IMG/VR virus record: IMGVR_UViG_3300021437_000001
Span: 53,955-117,954 of that record
DNA length: 64,000 bases
Origin: a virus
Direction: 5' to 3' (one strand)
This document shows, piece after piece, positions 1 through 9,980 of the stretch. The position numbers were made by a program, and so were the translations under genes. The notes under the pieces were generated by a model, which worked only from the letters and a program-made list of their open reading frames with translations, had not been told where the DNA came from and searched no databases. Numbering within the stretch: position 1 is the first letter of the stretch; every line of letters begins with the position of its first letter.

Positions 1-794
1 GTTCGGCTTTATTTTTTCAACAAATTGTTAATTACAAGCCTCAACATCGTGACCAAACTGAAGTTGTATTATTAGTGAATGGCGATATTATCGCAGGAGT
101 TATCCACAATCAAGAATGGTTTGTGGATTTGCTAACTACGCAATTTGCTGGCACTCTAAACATTCTTTGCCAGGGAATTTCTTATTTGGCTCAGAACTTT
201 AAAAAAGTACGAGTAGTTATGACACCTGGTAATCATGGTCGTTCGATGCACAAAGCCAGCACAGACCGTGGCACGACACATAAATACGACTCTTACGAGA
301 CTCAAATTTTTATTGCGGTGCGTGAGGTTATGAAGGCGAAATGTGCCAATGTTGAAGTCGAAGTTCCTGATAGTCCATTTGCCATCTTTAAAGCGCAAGG
401 GCATACCTATTTTGTTACGCATTCTGATACTGTCATCAATGTAGGAAATCCTGGCGCAGCCTTGAACATGAAGTCAATCAACAATCAGATCAACAAGCTA
501 AATGCTTCTGAGCTTGGTGGAGATGCTAAATTTGACGCCGTTATCTGTGGACACATTCATACTCCTACACTTCAGCTTATGGAATCAGGATGTATGTTAG
601 TTCTTAATGGCTGTTTGAGCGGCCTTGATCCTTATGCCTTATCTATAGGTATTTTTGACTCTAATCCAACCCAGCAATTATTCGAAGCTACGGAAAAGCA
701 TGCTGTAGGAGACGTCAGATTTATACAAGTGAAGTCTGCTGATAAAGATGCTCAATTGGATAAGATCATCGAAACTCCTAAAAGGCCTTATTAA
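1..794 (+). CDS. Calcineurin-like metallophosphoesterase (5'-truncated by window edge)
   Basis: Frame is open from the window start; motifs NGDI, PGNHG, THSD, CGHIH. Confidence 0.8.
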   Translation, partial: SALFFQQIVNYKPQHRDQTEVVLLVNGDIIAGVIHNQEWFVDLLTTQFAGTLNILCQGISYLAQNFKKVRVVMTPGNHGRSMHKASTDRGTTHKYDSYETQIFIAVREVMKAKCANVEVEVPDSPFAIFKAQGHTYFVTHSDTVINVGNPGAALNMKSINNQINKLNASELGGDAKFDAVICGHIHTPTLQLMESGCMLVLNGCLSGLDPYALSIGIFDSNPTQQLFEATEKHAVGDVRFIQVKSADKDAQLDKIIETPKRPY

Positions 795-1246
795 TGAAAG
801 GGGTTAGAAAGCAGTTCAGCAAAGCCTTACATGATGGTCATGATGAGAAGGCTCGTAATCAAGCCAAGGCTTTCTGGACTAAGCGAGGTTATCTTGTGAA
901 GGATAATCCTAATACCAAAGGTGTTGACTTATTCTTATGCAATCCAGATACCGAAGAAATCATGGCCTATCTAGAAGTAGAAGTCAAAAACAACTGGAAT
1001 AGTAAAGCGTTTCAATATGACACACTTCAAATTCCAGAGCGTAAAGCTAGATATTTTGTAGAGTATGGCGACAAAATAATTTACATGGTGTTCTCAAAAG
1101 ACTTGACACAGGCCTTTATAGCCGATAGTCTTAGCTTTAAGAACGCTAAGTTAAAAGAAGTACCGAATAAGTTTGTTAGTAAAGGTGAGTATTTTTATCA
1201 AGTACCAGTTAAAGACTGTGACTTAGTATCAATGGAGGAAGCATGA
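794..1246 (+). CDS. PD-(D/E)xK-like nuclease-fold protein
   Basis: GVDL...YLEVEVK motif; translationally coupled to its neighbours. Confidence 0.55.
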   Translation: MKGVRKQFSKALHDGHDEKARNQAKAFWTKRGYLVKDNPNTKGVDLFLCNPDTEEIMAYLEVEVKNNWNSKAFQYDTLQIPERKARYFVEYGDKIIYMVFSKDLTQAFIADSLSFKNAKLKEVPNKFVSKGEYFYQVPVKDCDLVSMEEA

Positions 1247-1449
1247 CAGATTATGGTCAATTTTACGATAAAGATGGCAAGTTGTTGGACGATGATGTAA
1301 CGCCAAAAAAAGAAAGATGCTCAAGTAAGAGTACGTCTTTAAAAACGATTATACAGTATGCAAAAAAATTAAATTCATTAAGAAAAGCCGCCGCTAAAGA
1401 TGGAGTTTGTCTAGATGAGTTAGAAGAAGCGGCAAAGGAGTTAGCATGA
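1243..1449 (+). CDS. Hypothetical protein
   Basis: ATGA overlaps at both ends; SD GGAGG. Confidence 0.6.
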   Translation: MTDYGQFYDKDGKLLDDDVTPKKERCSSKSTSLKTIIQYAKKLNSLRKAAAKDGVCLDELEEAAKELA

Positions 1450-2216
1450 AGATTGTAAGTTTTACAGGACCTAAAGGAAGCGGAAAAGATACATCGGCAG
1501 ACATTCTCAAAGAGGAGAAGATTGCGTCAGGTAGTTTATCGTTCGCAGGACCTTTGAAAAAGATTTGTATGGAGGTGTTTAAACTCCATCACAATTACAT
1601 GAATGATCCAATTTTAAAAGAAAAAGAACTCGAAGAACCCATCGTTCTTAAATCAGCTCATTTTCGCAAGATCAACTTGCTAATGACCGATTTCCTAGAT
1701 CAGGACGAGTTCTTTTACAACCCTTACAAAGCTTCTATTGCTGGGCTTGAAGGCATGGTTATAACTACGCCTAGACAGCTTTTACAGGTAATAGGTACAG
1801 ATTACATTCGCAATCGAATTCACCCAGACTGGCACCTTCAGGCGGCCTTTTCAAAGACCAGCCTAGCTAAAATGGATGAGAATGGCTTGTATTGTGTCAC
1901 CGATGCAAGATTTCCTAATGAATATAGCTTCCTAGCCAATAAATTTGGCGAAGACTTTAAAGGATTCTATGTAGAGCGCCCAGAAGCAGAAGAAAAATTA
2001 GTTAATGGCGCACACGCATCTGAGATGAAAGTTCTAGAAGTCAAAGAATTAATCCCAACAGAAAACATTTTAAAGAATGACAAGACTGTTGACGACTTAA
2101 AGAAAAAGTTACTCGCCCTTAAGTTGGGCGATGCTCAACCCAAGAAGAAAGGACAGCAGACTGCAAGTAAGTTTAAATTTGCACAAGCTGGCAAAAGCGA
2201 TGAAGGAGCCTTCTGA
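1446..2216 (+). CDS. Deoxynucleoside monophosphate kinase (T4 gp1-like)
   Basis: P-loop GPKGSGKDT, SFAGPLK, TPRQLLQVIGTD, VTDARFPNE, HASE. Confidence 0.9.
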   Translation: MKIVSFTGPKGSGKDTSADILKEEKIASGSLSFAGPLKKICMEVFKLHHNYMNDPILKEKELEEPIVLKSAHFRKINLLMTDFLDQDEFFYNPYKASIAGLEGMVITTPRQLLQVIGTDYIRNRIHPDWHLQAAFSKTSLAKMDENGLYCVTDARFPNEYSFLANKFGEDFKGFYVERPEAEEKLVNGAHASEMKVLEVKELIPTENILKNDKTVDDLKKKLLALKLGDAQPKKKGQQTASKFKFAQAGKSDEGAF

Positions 2217-2826
2217 TCTAGTAGAACCTAGCATTGAAGTAAAGGTCTCTAAACCAGACCTTCCTGTATTTGTTGAGTTCGAAACTAAATATAGAGTTGA
2301 CGACCCAAAGATTCTCTGGGATTTTAAACATTTGGTTGAAAAACAAATAGGTCGAAAAGACTTTATTTATATTCAATCAGATGACATCTATTATGTTAAA
2401 ACAGCAGACGAATTCATACGTTACCGTTTTTCTGAAAGTGATAAACGATCAGAATTAACTATTAAACGTAAAACAGGCACCGGAAATAACATTATCCGAG
2501 AAGAGACTAATTTAAGAGTTGATGGTAATTCATTTGATTTAGTTGAAAATTTTATAAAACAATTAGGTTTTACATTTAATTTTCGAATCAATAAGCAGTG
2601 TCATATTTACCACGGTGAAGAATGCACCCTTGTATTTTATTCAGTACGAGACTTAGAAACTAATAAGCTTGCGCATTTTATTGAAATTGAAGTTACTGAG
2701 GGCGCTGGCTTTACAGAAGACGAATCTTGGGCTATTATTAAGAAGTACGAAGGTTTACTAGCACCGTTAGGCGTAACTGCTCAAAAACGTTTGAGAAAAT
2801 CTTTGTTTGAAATGTATCGGAGATAG
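2200..2826 (+). CDS. CYTH-domain protein (class IV adenylate cyclase/triphosphatase-like)
   Basis: ExExKY (EFETKY), DIYY, IRYR, ELTIK, REE, FIEIEV; start moved to ATG 2200. Confidence 0.8.
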   Translation: MKEPSDLVEPSIEVKVSKPDLPVFVEFETKYRVDDPKILWDFKHLVEKQIGRKDFIYIQSDDIYYVKTADEFIRYRFSESDKRSELTIKRKTGTGNNIIREETNLRVDGNSFDLVENFIKQLGFTFNFRINKQCHIYHGEECTLVFYSVRDLETNKLAHFIEIEVTEGAGFTEDESWAIIKKYEGLLAPLGVTAQKRLRKSLFEMYRR

Positions 2827-2951
2827 TGTGAGTGTAATAGAGACAGCTTTAATATTTTGCGCCGTGTTTCCATTTAGCTTAGTAGCTATTGGGGTAATTG
2901 CGCTTTTGAGAAAACGTAAAAAATCTAATTTAGTTCTTGTAGAACAAAAGG

Positions 2952-3302
2952 ATGAAAATGGGAATAATTCAAAAAATTAAAGATCTTTTTAAGATCAGCG
3001 CAGAACGTGGCATGTATTTGCCTTTAGCTTATGATGCTTCAAAAAAAGGTCCTAGCATTACTTTATTGACTTTTTATATTGCTATGGTGTTGTCTTCATT
3101 ATCACTTATAGCTTTTCACTTTTTGCCAGAGAAATTGTTGCAACCAAGTCTACTTACTTTGATGTTTCTAGCCATGAGTTTTGTATTTTATCGTATGCGA
3201 AACTTAGACAAGATCAAACTAGATTTAGACGATAAAAGTATTGAGTTAGAAGGTAACAACAAAGAAGAGGAATCTTCAACAACTAAAAAGGAGAAGGAAT
3301 GA
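2952..3302 (+). CDS. Two-TM membrane protein, holin candidate
   Basis: Two hydrophobic helices and a highly charged C-terminal tail. Confidence 0.45.
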   Translation: MKMGIIQKIKDLFKISAERGMYLPLAYDASKKGPSITLLTFYIAMVLSSLSLIAFHFLPEKLLQPSLLTLMFLAMSFVFYRMRNLDKIKLDLDDKSIELEGNNKEEESSTTKKEKE

Positions 3303-3625
3303 AAAATCTAATTTTAGCAGCTATTGTAGGTGCTGCGCTGGCGTCAGGAGCTTTGCTCGGTCAAGCTAAACTTGCAGATAAGGCTTTGAACGAAGTGCAG
3401 GAAGCTTATAGCGGAGCAAACGGCGAAGAGCCTATTTGTCTAGCACAGGAAGATGGCGGAGAAGCGTACATTATCCTAAATGCTGATAAAGAAGCAAAAA
3501 CATACAGCGGTATTCGAGTCTTGGTGATGCTACAAGTTCCTTTTCAAGTATCAGCTAGAGCCTTGAATCAACGTCCAGATCTTAAGCAAGTTGATTGCCG
3601 AACTGGTCAACCACTAGGAAAATAA
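3299..3625 (+). CDS. Exported hypothetical protein
   Basis: N-terminal signal-peptide-like segment; SD AGGAG. Confidence 0.55.
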   Translation: MKNLILAAIVGAALASGALLGQAKLADKALNEVQEAYSGANGEEPICLAQEDGGEAYIILNADKEAKTYSGIRVLVMLQVPFQVSARALNQRPDLKQVDCRTGQPLGK

Positions 3626-3626
3626 T

Positions 3627-4037
3627 ATGAACTATAAAATCATAGGTATTTATACCTTGGTTATTATTGCTTTGTCAGTAGCCGCTACTAAGCGGCTTTG
3701 GCCTACTATTGATACTCAAGTCAAAGTAGAAGAAAAGGAAATAATCAAAAAAGATATTCAAACGGTAATTAAAGAGCGCATCAAACCGGATGGTACTAAA
3801 GAAATTGAGACTGTTATTGTGGACCATACTAAAGAAGCGTCTACAAAAACTTTAGAGCAGGTGGTAACCAAGAAAAATGATTGGTATGTAGCTGCTGGCG
3901 CAGAGGCGCAACTTAGTAAGTTGAATGAGCCAAGTTACAAACTAGAAGTCAATCGTCGAATTATTGGCGATGTTTTTGTTGGAGCTACAGTCAACACTCA
4001 AGGTGCTTTCGGTTTGCAGGTGGGCTTTCAATTTTAA
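3627..4037 (+). CDS. Membrane-anchored protein with C-terminal amphipathic beta strands (spanin candidate)
   Basis: N-terminal TM helix; charged beta-rich middle; ends GAFGLQVGFQF. Confidence 0.45.
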   Translation: MNYKIIGIYTLVIIALSVAATKRLWPTIDTQVKVEEKEIIKKDIQTVIKERIKPDGTKEIETVIVDHTKEASTKTLEQVVTKKNDWYVAAGAEAQLSKLNEPSYKLEVNRRIIGDVFVGATVNTQGAFGLQVGFQF

Positions 4038-4046
4038 GGAAGTTAA

Positions 4047-4439
4047 ATGAGCAAAGATACTAATGTAAGTCTTTATGATGCTGTTGATACAGAGCTAATG
4101 ATCGACATCAAAAACCTAAATGGTGAATTGATGGATCAAGCTCTGTTGATGCGTAAATGGACTAAAGCAAAAGCTATGGCGAGTAAACGAGCTAAAGCTA
4201 TCAGAGGTCAGTTGGCCTTTACTAAAGGCTCTCTGCACAAAGATCTGGCTCGCAAAGGCCTACGAGTAGGTGATATTGAGGCCGCTATAAATACAGATCC
4301 TACTATGATGAAATTAAATGACGAACTCAATGAAGCAGAATATGAATTTGATGCTTTAGATGGCATCGTGCGTGCTTTTTATCAAAAGCATGAATCTCTT
4401 AAAGAACTTTCATATAACTCTCGTAAAGGAATGGAATAA
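4047..4439 (+). CDS. UvsY-like recombination mediator (coiled-coil)
   Basis: Helical 130-aa protein directly upstream of the RecA-like gene. Confidence 0.45.
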   Translation: MSKDTNVSLYDAVDTELMIDIKNLNGELMDQALLMRKWTKAKAMASKRAKAIRGQLAFTKGSLHKDLARKGLRVGDIEAAINTDPTMMKLNDELNEAEYEFDALDGIVRAFYQKHESLKELSYNSRKGME

Positions 4440-4440
4440 T

Positions 4441-5472
4441 ATGTCACGTTTTAAACGTTCAAAAGAAGAAACAACCGAAGTTAAAACAGAAATTGCACCC
4501 GCTACCGAAGAGACGACTGAAATTGTAGATTCCAAACGCTCTGAGTTTGCTAGTGCAATTAGAAAATTCAGTGGTTATATTAATGCTGAATATAAATCAG
4601 AAAAATCAAAAGTTCACGATCTAGAAGATTTAGGTAAGATAATCGTGAACGACTACGTCTCCATGCCAGAGGCGTTTGAAGAGGCAACAGAGTTGAAAGG
4701 ACTTCCTTTTGGCGTAATATCTTGTACCTATGGAAAACCCGATACCGGAAAAACTACATTGCTGATGGAAGGTATTAAAGGTTGTATTGAGGACATGGTA
4801 ATTCCAGTTCTTATCTTGACCGAGCATAAATTTGCGTATGATCGTTTGCAACACATGGGTGTCGATCTTATGCCAATCGTTGTACCTGTAGGTAGTATTG
4901 AAGAGGGTTATGACGTCTTGATCAAGATGCTTAGAGACCTTCAGCAAAATAAATTAAAATTTACTGACGATGAAGGCAAAGAGCAAGTAATCGACATGAC
5001 TAAAAATAAATGTTATTTCTTTTGGGATTCTATTGGAAACGTTATGTCTCAATCTGAAATGGACGCTGAAACTGAAGATTGGCAAAAAGGTATGATGAAA
5101 ACTGCCAAAGCTTTGCGAGTTCTTACTCGTAAGGTTAGTATGTTATTGAACAAGGTTAGAGAGAAAACAGGAATTCTGTTTCTTAATCAATCTTATATCA
5201 ACACCACTCCACAAGGAATTCAAATTGAAACTCCTACTGGTGGCGATGCAATTCCTTATTCCTCCGCTTTAGTTCTCAGAACTAGACGTAGAAAACGTCT
5301 TGACATGACTCAAGATGGTAAAGAAGTGGACATCGGACTTGAAACCATTATTGAAACTGTGAAGAATCATATTACAAATCGTAAAGTTACTGCCAGCGTG
5401 TTTACAGTCGCTTCCGGTATGATCCCAGCGACTAAAGAGGCATTAGATAACTATAAAAAGACCTTGCGTTAA
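4441..5472 (+). CDS. RecA/UvsX-like recombinase
   Basis: GLPFG, Walker A GKPDTGKTT, FFWDSIG, FLNQ, TPTGGDAIPYSS, VKNH. Confidence 0.9.
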   Translation: MSRFKRSKEETTEVKTEIAPATEETTEIVDSKRSEFASAIRKFSGYINAEYKSEKSKVHDLEDLGKIIVNDYVSMPEAFEEATELKGLPFGVISCTYGKPDTGKTTLLMEGIKGCIEDMVIPVLILTEHKFAYDRLQHMGVDLMPIVVPVGSIEEGYDVLIKMLRDLQQNKLKFTDDEGKEQVIDMTKNKCYFFWDSIGNVMSQSEMDAETEDWQKGMMKTAKALRVLTRKVSMLLNKVREKTGILFLNQSYINTTPQGIQIETPTGGDAIPYSSALVLRTRRRKRLDMTQDGKEVDIGLETIIETVKNHITNRKVTASVFTVASGMIPATKEALDNYKKTLR

Positions 5473-5480
5473 AACTGCTC

Positions 5481-5891
5481 ATGGGTAATAATCGAATGAG
5501 TAGAGGTGGTCGTATGGCAAGACGAAACGGCGACAAAGAGTTGGATCAACTTCAAAGGCTAAAGTATGAGAATCAAAAGCTTAAAAAGGAAAACGCTAAG
5601 CTTAGAAAGCTCATTCAAAGAGGGCAAGCCGATCAAGAACTTTTGCACGAATTGGTTTTACAAAAAGATCGAGAAGAAGAACTTGCACAAGCTGAAAAAA
5701 TAGCGCAGAATAAGTGGAAATGCTTTGAGTGCGGCGAAGGAATAATGAAGATTCACACAATGAAACGCCTAGATGGTGTTTTTTATTGGAGAATTTGCAG
5801 TAATTCTGAGTGTGGGCATAAAACAAAGCTTCAACGTTACTCTAAAGATGTGGAAGGGGTTCGGCATGAATCTGAAGATGCTGATGAATAG
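5481..5891 (+). CDS. Coiled-coil plus zinc-ribbon protein
   Basis: CFEC...CSNSEC. Confidence 0.6.
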   Translation: MGNNRMSRGGRMARRNGDKELDQLQRLKYENQKLKKENAKLRKLIQRGQADQELLHELVLQKDREEELAQAEKIAQNKWKCFECGEGIMKIHTMKRLDGVFYWRICSNSECGHKTKLQRYSKDVEGVRHESEDADE

Positions 5892-6243
5892 TTGGTACAA
5901 GGAATTTTCTTTTTACTCTTTTTGGGAAGGTCCTCCAAAATACTTGGATTGGGATGAAGAAGATCACACCAAGCCTTTGATTCATTTTTCATTTGAAACA
6001 TGGTTTACCGAGACCAGGCCCTTGACGTATTATGATTCTTGCGATAAAGGTCGATGGCGTGGGATTCATTTTAGAATGTACATTTCTAGACGTTTAATAG
6101 GATTGACAATTCCTTTTAAGCCTTTGCCAGATCATGTTCCTAGTGCTCGAGAGTTAAAGATGAGGGCTTTGCATGATACGCCTGAACATCGAGCTAAAAT
6201 GAAAGAACTTGCGGAGATGTTCAATGCCAATAAGAAAGTTTAA
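5867..6243 (+). CDS. Hypothetical protein
   Basis: Fills the gap in a tightly packed operon; start uncertain. Confidence 0.5.
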
Positions 6244-6532
6244 TTGTAATAAGTGCAAGCATGAATGGACTCGTATAATTAAAGGCGTAAGTGATGATTG
6301 TCCAAAATGTAAATTATCTTCTATAGCTTTATTGCCTAAAGAATTAAATACTTTAGTTTATGAAATGAAAGACAAACACCGTGGAACTCAATTGCGCAAG
6401 AACCAAGAACAGAAAATGCGGAAGAGGATGAATGATCACCACGACCGCAATGAAGTAGCCGAGAAGATCGACAAACATGGTATGGATGACGCAGTGAGGA
6501 ACGGATGGCTAAAGAGAATAAAAAAAATATAA
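6224..6532 (+). CDS. Zinc-ribbon protein (FmdB-like N-terminus)
   Basis: MPIRKFNCNKC...CPKC. Confidence 0.55.
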   Translation: MPIRKFNCNKCKHEWTRIIKGVSDDCPKCKLSSIALLPKELNTLVYEMKDKHRGTQLRKNQEQKMRKRMNDHHDRNEVAEKIDKHGMDDAVRNGWLKRIKKI

Positions 6533-7137
6533 AGACCGTTCTGGGGCTAGACTTGTCTACGACGTCTACTGGATTTGCGCTATTAGATATGGACACGAAG
6601 AATCTAATTAAGTATGGATTCATTCTTCCAAAAATTAAAGGCATCTCCAAGCTCAAATACCCAAGAGCTGCTTTAGCTCGTATTCTAGACTTGGCTGTAA
6701 AAATTTCAGACCTAGTTAAAGAATACAATCCTGATCAACTAATTATTGAAGAAGTGAATCGTGGCAAAAACAGAATCTCTCAGAAGAGTCTTGATGCTCT
6801 ACACTTTTTGGTATTGCACTATATTGATCAGCATTCACCAAACTTAATTGATCAACTATTCTATTACGATTCGGACGGTAAAGTAGGTTGGCGAAAACAT
6901 TTAGGTTTAGTTCTTACAGAAGAAGACAAAGCCCATAACGCCCATATTAAAACCTTTAAGTCGAGTAGAAAAGTCGGAAAAAAGAAACCGAAGATCACTA
7001 AGAAACACCTCGCTATGAGGTATGTGCAGTCAGTGTATAATTTAAACTTGGATATTGACGAGAAAGTCGAGTACGAAGACATCAATGATGCCATCGCAAT
7101 GACTAGCTCTTACTTGATTCACGTTTGCAAACAGTAA
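6505..7137 (+). CDS. RuvC-like Holliday junction resolvase
   Basis: LGLDLSTTSTGF, IIEE, DINDAIA (RNase H-fold catalytic acidic residues). Confidence 0.8.
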   Translation: MAKENKKNIKTVLGLDLSTTSTGFALLDMDTKNLIKYGFILPKIKGISKLKYPRAALARILDLAVKISDLVKEYNPDQLIIEEVNRGKNRISQKSLDALHFLVLHYIDQHSPNLIDQLFYYDSDGKVGWRKHLGLVLTEEDKAHNAHIKTFKSSRKVGKKKPKITKKHLAMRYVQSVYNLNLDIDEKVEYEDINDAIAMTSSYLIHVCKQ

Positions 7138-7154
7138 CAACATAAGGAGGAATC

Positions 7155-8786
7155 GTGTCAGAAAAAGGCACCTTTGACGTATTTTCTAACAAGTTCGCAC
7201 AAGATATTTTTCTTCAAAAATACAGTATGAATGGAACAGAGACCTGGGCTGATACCTGTGAAAGGGTTGTAAATGCCGTGTGTGGTCAGCTTTTGGACGC
7301 TAAGACCAAAGCTAAAATTTTAAAATTTATGAAAGAACGTAAGTTTATTCCAGGCGGACGATATTTATATTCTGCTGGACGTTCATTTCATCAGGTTAAC
7401 AATTGTTTTTTATTCAGGGCAGAAGACACTCGAGAGGGTTGGGCTGACTTGATGGGTAAAGCTAGTTCTGCTTTACTAACTGGTGGCGGAATAGGCGTGG
7501 ATTACACGGCCATTCGCTACAAAGGCGCTCCAATTAAGCGTACTGGCGGGTTTTGCACAGGTCCTATTTCTTTGATGGAAATGGTGAATGAAGCGGGCCG
7601 TCATGTAATGCAAGGTGGACAAAGGCGTTCAGCTATTTGGGCAGGTCTGCAATGGGACCATAAAGACATAAACGAATTCATTCATCTGAAAGATCATAAT
7701 GCCGATCTTAAAGCTATGAAAGAAAAAGATTTTAATTTTAGATTGCCTATGGAATTTACAAATATCTCTGTGATATACGACACAAATTTCTTTATCGCAA
7801 TTGAAGATGAAAGTCATCCAGATCATGCTAAAGCCAAAGCTGTATGGTTAGATAACTGTCGTCAAGCTTTCTCAACGGCTGAGCCTGGTATGGCATTTAA
7901 TTTCAGAAAAGATGCTGAATCATTAAGAAATGCTTGTACAGAAGTTACATCTGAAGAAGACTCTGATAAATGTAATTTAGGTACTGTATGGATGAATCGC
8001 TGTAAAGATAGAGAGGAATTTGCGGAAGTTTGCAAATTTGGAACTTTATTTTTGCTATGCGGTGGAATTTATTCTGATGTTCCAACTGAAAAAATTAAAG
8101 AAGTTGGTTTAAAAAATAACCGCATTGGGTTAGGGCTTGGCGGAATGCACGAATGGCTGATGCTGCGTGGCTCAAAGTACGAATGTACTCCAGAGCTTCA
8201 TAAATGGCTGGCTACCTACGAACGAGAATCTGACTCAGCCGCCTTTGTCGGCGCTAAGCAACTCGGAGTAGCTGTGCCTAAAGGTGTTAGAGCGATTGCT
8301 CCAACTGGGACGATAGGTATTATTGCAGAAACTACTACCGGAATTGAGCCGTTATTTTGTAAAAGCTACAAACGTCGATACTACAAAGAGGGTAAATGGA
8401 TGCACCAATATGTCGTAGATGGTGCTGTAAAACGTCTACTAGCTTTGGGTGTAAAACTCGAAGATATTCAAGACTCGTATGACATCTCTTTTAAAGAGCG
8501 TGTTAAGTTTCAAGCAGATGTTCAGCAATACGTTGATATGTCTATTTCATCTACTTGCAATATGGCTTCTTGGGGTTCGGAAGAGAACAACGAATCTACA
8601 CTTGAGAAAAATGCTATGGTACTATTAAAGTACGCCAAGCGCCTTCGAGGATTTACCGTATATCCAGATGGGTGTCGTGGTGGACAGCCTTTAACTCGAG
8701 CTGATCTTGAAGAGGCTATGGCTTCTGAAGGAAAAGTGTTTGAAGAAAAGGAAACCGAATGCGTAGGTGGAGTATGTGGAATTTAA
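7155..8786 (+). CDS. nrdJ: Ribonucleotide reductase, class II (B12-dependent) type
   Basis: FIPGGRYL, NNCF, RRSA, NACTE, CNLG, IGLGLGG, AIAPTGT, C-terminal CxxxxC; no small subunit seen in the window. Confidence 0.8.
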   Translation: MSEKGTFDVFSNKFAQDIFLQKYSMNGTETWADTCERVVNAVCGQLLDAKTKAKILKFMKERKFIPGGRYLYSAGRSFHQVNNCFLFRAEDTREGWADLMGKASSALLTGGGIGVDYTAIRYKGAPIKRTGGFCTGPISLMEMVNEAGRHVMQGGQRRSAIWAGLQWDHKDINEFIHLKDHNADLKAMKEKDFNFRLPMEFTNISVIYDTNFFIAIEDESHPDHAKAKAVWLDNCRQAFSTAEPGMAFNFRKDAESLRNACTEVTSEEDSDKCNLGTVWMNRCKDREEFAEVCKFGTLFLLCGGIYSDVPTEKIKEVGLKNNRIGLGLGGMHEWLMLRGSKYECTPELHKWLATYERESDSAAFVGAKQLGVAVPKGVRAIAPTGTIGIIAETTTGIEPLFCKSYKRRYYKEGKWMHQYVVDGAVKRLLALGVKLEDIQDSYDISFKERVKFQADVQQYVDMSISSTCNMASWGSEENNESTLEKNAMVLLKYAKRLRGFTVYPDGCRGGQPLTRADLEEAMASEGKVFEEKETECVGGVCGI

Positions 8787-9094
8787 AAACCAAAGCCCTT
8801 GTATATAAATACACGGGCTGGTATTTTGCGGATAAAGAGGAAAATGAGTATATTCAAAGTGACGAATGCTGGGAAAAGCTATTTAAGATCGTCAAGAATA
8901 AACAAAACGAATTAGATCCTCAGAGTGCTCAAGGTCTTTTAATAGGACTTTGGCAATCCGAACATGGCTTTCATAGACCTGCTTCTTTTTTAAAATACAA
9001 ACGGCCCAGAGCTTTCTGGCGTGTCGTGGCATGGTGGGTTGATCTTTATACCGTAATTAAATGGGATATTCAATCATGTCTACGAAAGAAGTAA
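8774..9094 (+). CDS. Hypothetical protein
   Basis: Overlaps the RNR stop codon; SD GGAG. Confidence 0.5.
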   Translation: MWNLKTKALVYKYTGWYFADKEENEYIQSDECWEKLFKIVKNKQNELDPQSAQGLLIGLWQSEHGFHRPASFLKYKRPRAFWRVVAWWVDLYTVIKWDIQSCLRKK

Positions 9095-9375
9095 AATTAA
9101 CAAATTTTCAAGTTCCTAGATCGCCAGAAGGTCAAATGCGAGATGCAATGGCCCAAGCGCCAGCTTTTAATCCTGATGACTATAAAAATCTAGGTAAAGT
9201 ACACAATACACAGACAGTAGAAGAAGTGGCAGAGCGCATGATGCAACGTCGTGAAGCAGTCACAGGTATTCCAATTAATAAGCCACCTGAAGAAGGTCCA
9301 CAGGTAAACACTAAGGGTGTTGTGGATGATCGAGCCAAAGAATTCTGGACGCCGCCTAGAATCGGTCGAAGATAA
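9076..9375 (+). CDS. Hypothetical protein
   Basis: ORF followed by a hairpin/T-tract at about 9383-9409. Confidence 0.5.
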   Translation: MSTKEVKLTNFQVPRSPEGQMRDAMAQAPAFNPDDYKNLGKVHNTQTVEEVAERMMQRREAVTGIPINKPPEEGPQVNTKGVVDDRAKEFWTPPRIGRR

Positions 9376-9417
9376 CATTCTCAAAAAGCGACACTTTTCG
9401 GTGCTTTTTAAAAATGC

Positions 9418-9446
9418 TTGCATTTTGTAAACATACCTTATAGACT
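9418..9446 (+). promoter_or_regulatory. Sigma-70-type promoter (probably leaderless mRNA)
   Basis: TTGCAT-N17-TAGACT, 6 nt before ATG 9453. Confidence 0.5.
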
Positions 9447-9452
9447 GTTTTC

Positions 9453-9758
9453 ATGAACAGGTTAGAAAAGTATTCTTTGTACCTTTTGGTTTATTCTTTC
9501 TTACTCAGCGTATTACGCCATAGCTTATGGTGTGGTGTTAATTCAGTGTGCCTAATGCTGGGCTTATTTGAAAACAGCATTCTACTTATATTTTTCCTAC
9601 CAACATTCTATCTCCATAAGAAATTCGTAGGTCCTAGAGAGGACTTTAAAAGCGATTTTTCTTATTACTTAGCAAATCTGCCTTTGGCGATATGGTTTGC
9701 TTTTGTAGTATTTTGCAACATACTAAAGATTTTTAACTTGACATTTCTATTCTATTAA
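9453..9758 (+). CDS. Hydrophobic membrane protein
   Basis: About three TM segments. Confidence 0.5.
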   Translation: MNRLEKYSLYLLVYSFLLSVLRHSLWCGVNSVCLMLGLFENSILLIFFLPTFYLHKKFVGPREDFKSDFSYYLANLPLAIWFAFVVFCNILKIFNLTFLFY

Positions 9759-9766
9759 AGGATACT
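9738..9766 (+). promoter_or_regulatory. Sigma-70-type promoter
   Basis: TTGACA-N17-GATACT. Confidence 0.6.
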
Positions 9767-9800
9767 AATTTTGTCAGTTATTGTTATTTAAAGGAGCATT

Positions 9801-9980
9801 ATGACACAGGGAGACATGATACTACTCTGGCAACAAAGGCAAGAATATCTTGCAACGAAACAGTTTGAAGAGGGGCAGAGTTTTGTAGAAGATCCTCCAT
9901 ATTGTGAGGATGCGTATATTTCAGAAGAGGAAAGGTGGGAAGAGTTATGTCAACAGCAGCAATCGCAACCACGATCTTAA
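9801..9980 (+). CDS. Small acidic protein (59 aa, below the ORF-track cutoff)
   Basis: SD AAGGAG then ATG; MTQGDMILLWQQRQ...QPRS*. Confidence 0.55.
   Translation: MTQGDMILLWQQRQEYLATKQFEEGQSFVEDPPYCEDAYISEEERWEELCQQQQSQPRS

Noticed and set aside
7155-8786. Class I RNR alpha subunit or intein-containing RNR
   Set aside because: Short, lacks the C-terminal Tyr-Tyr pair and a neighbouring beta subunit, and shows no intein motifs.
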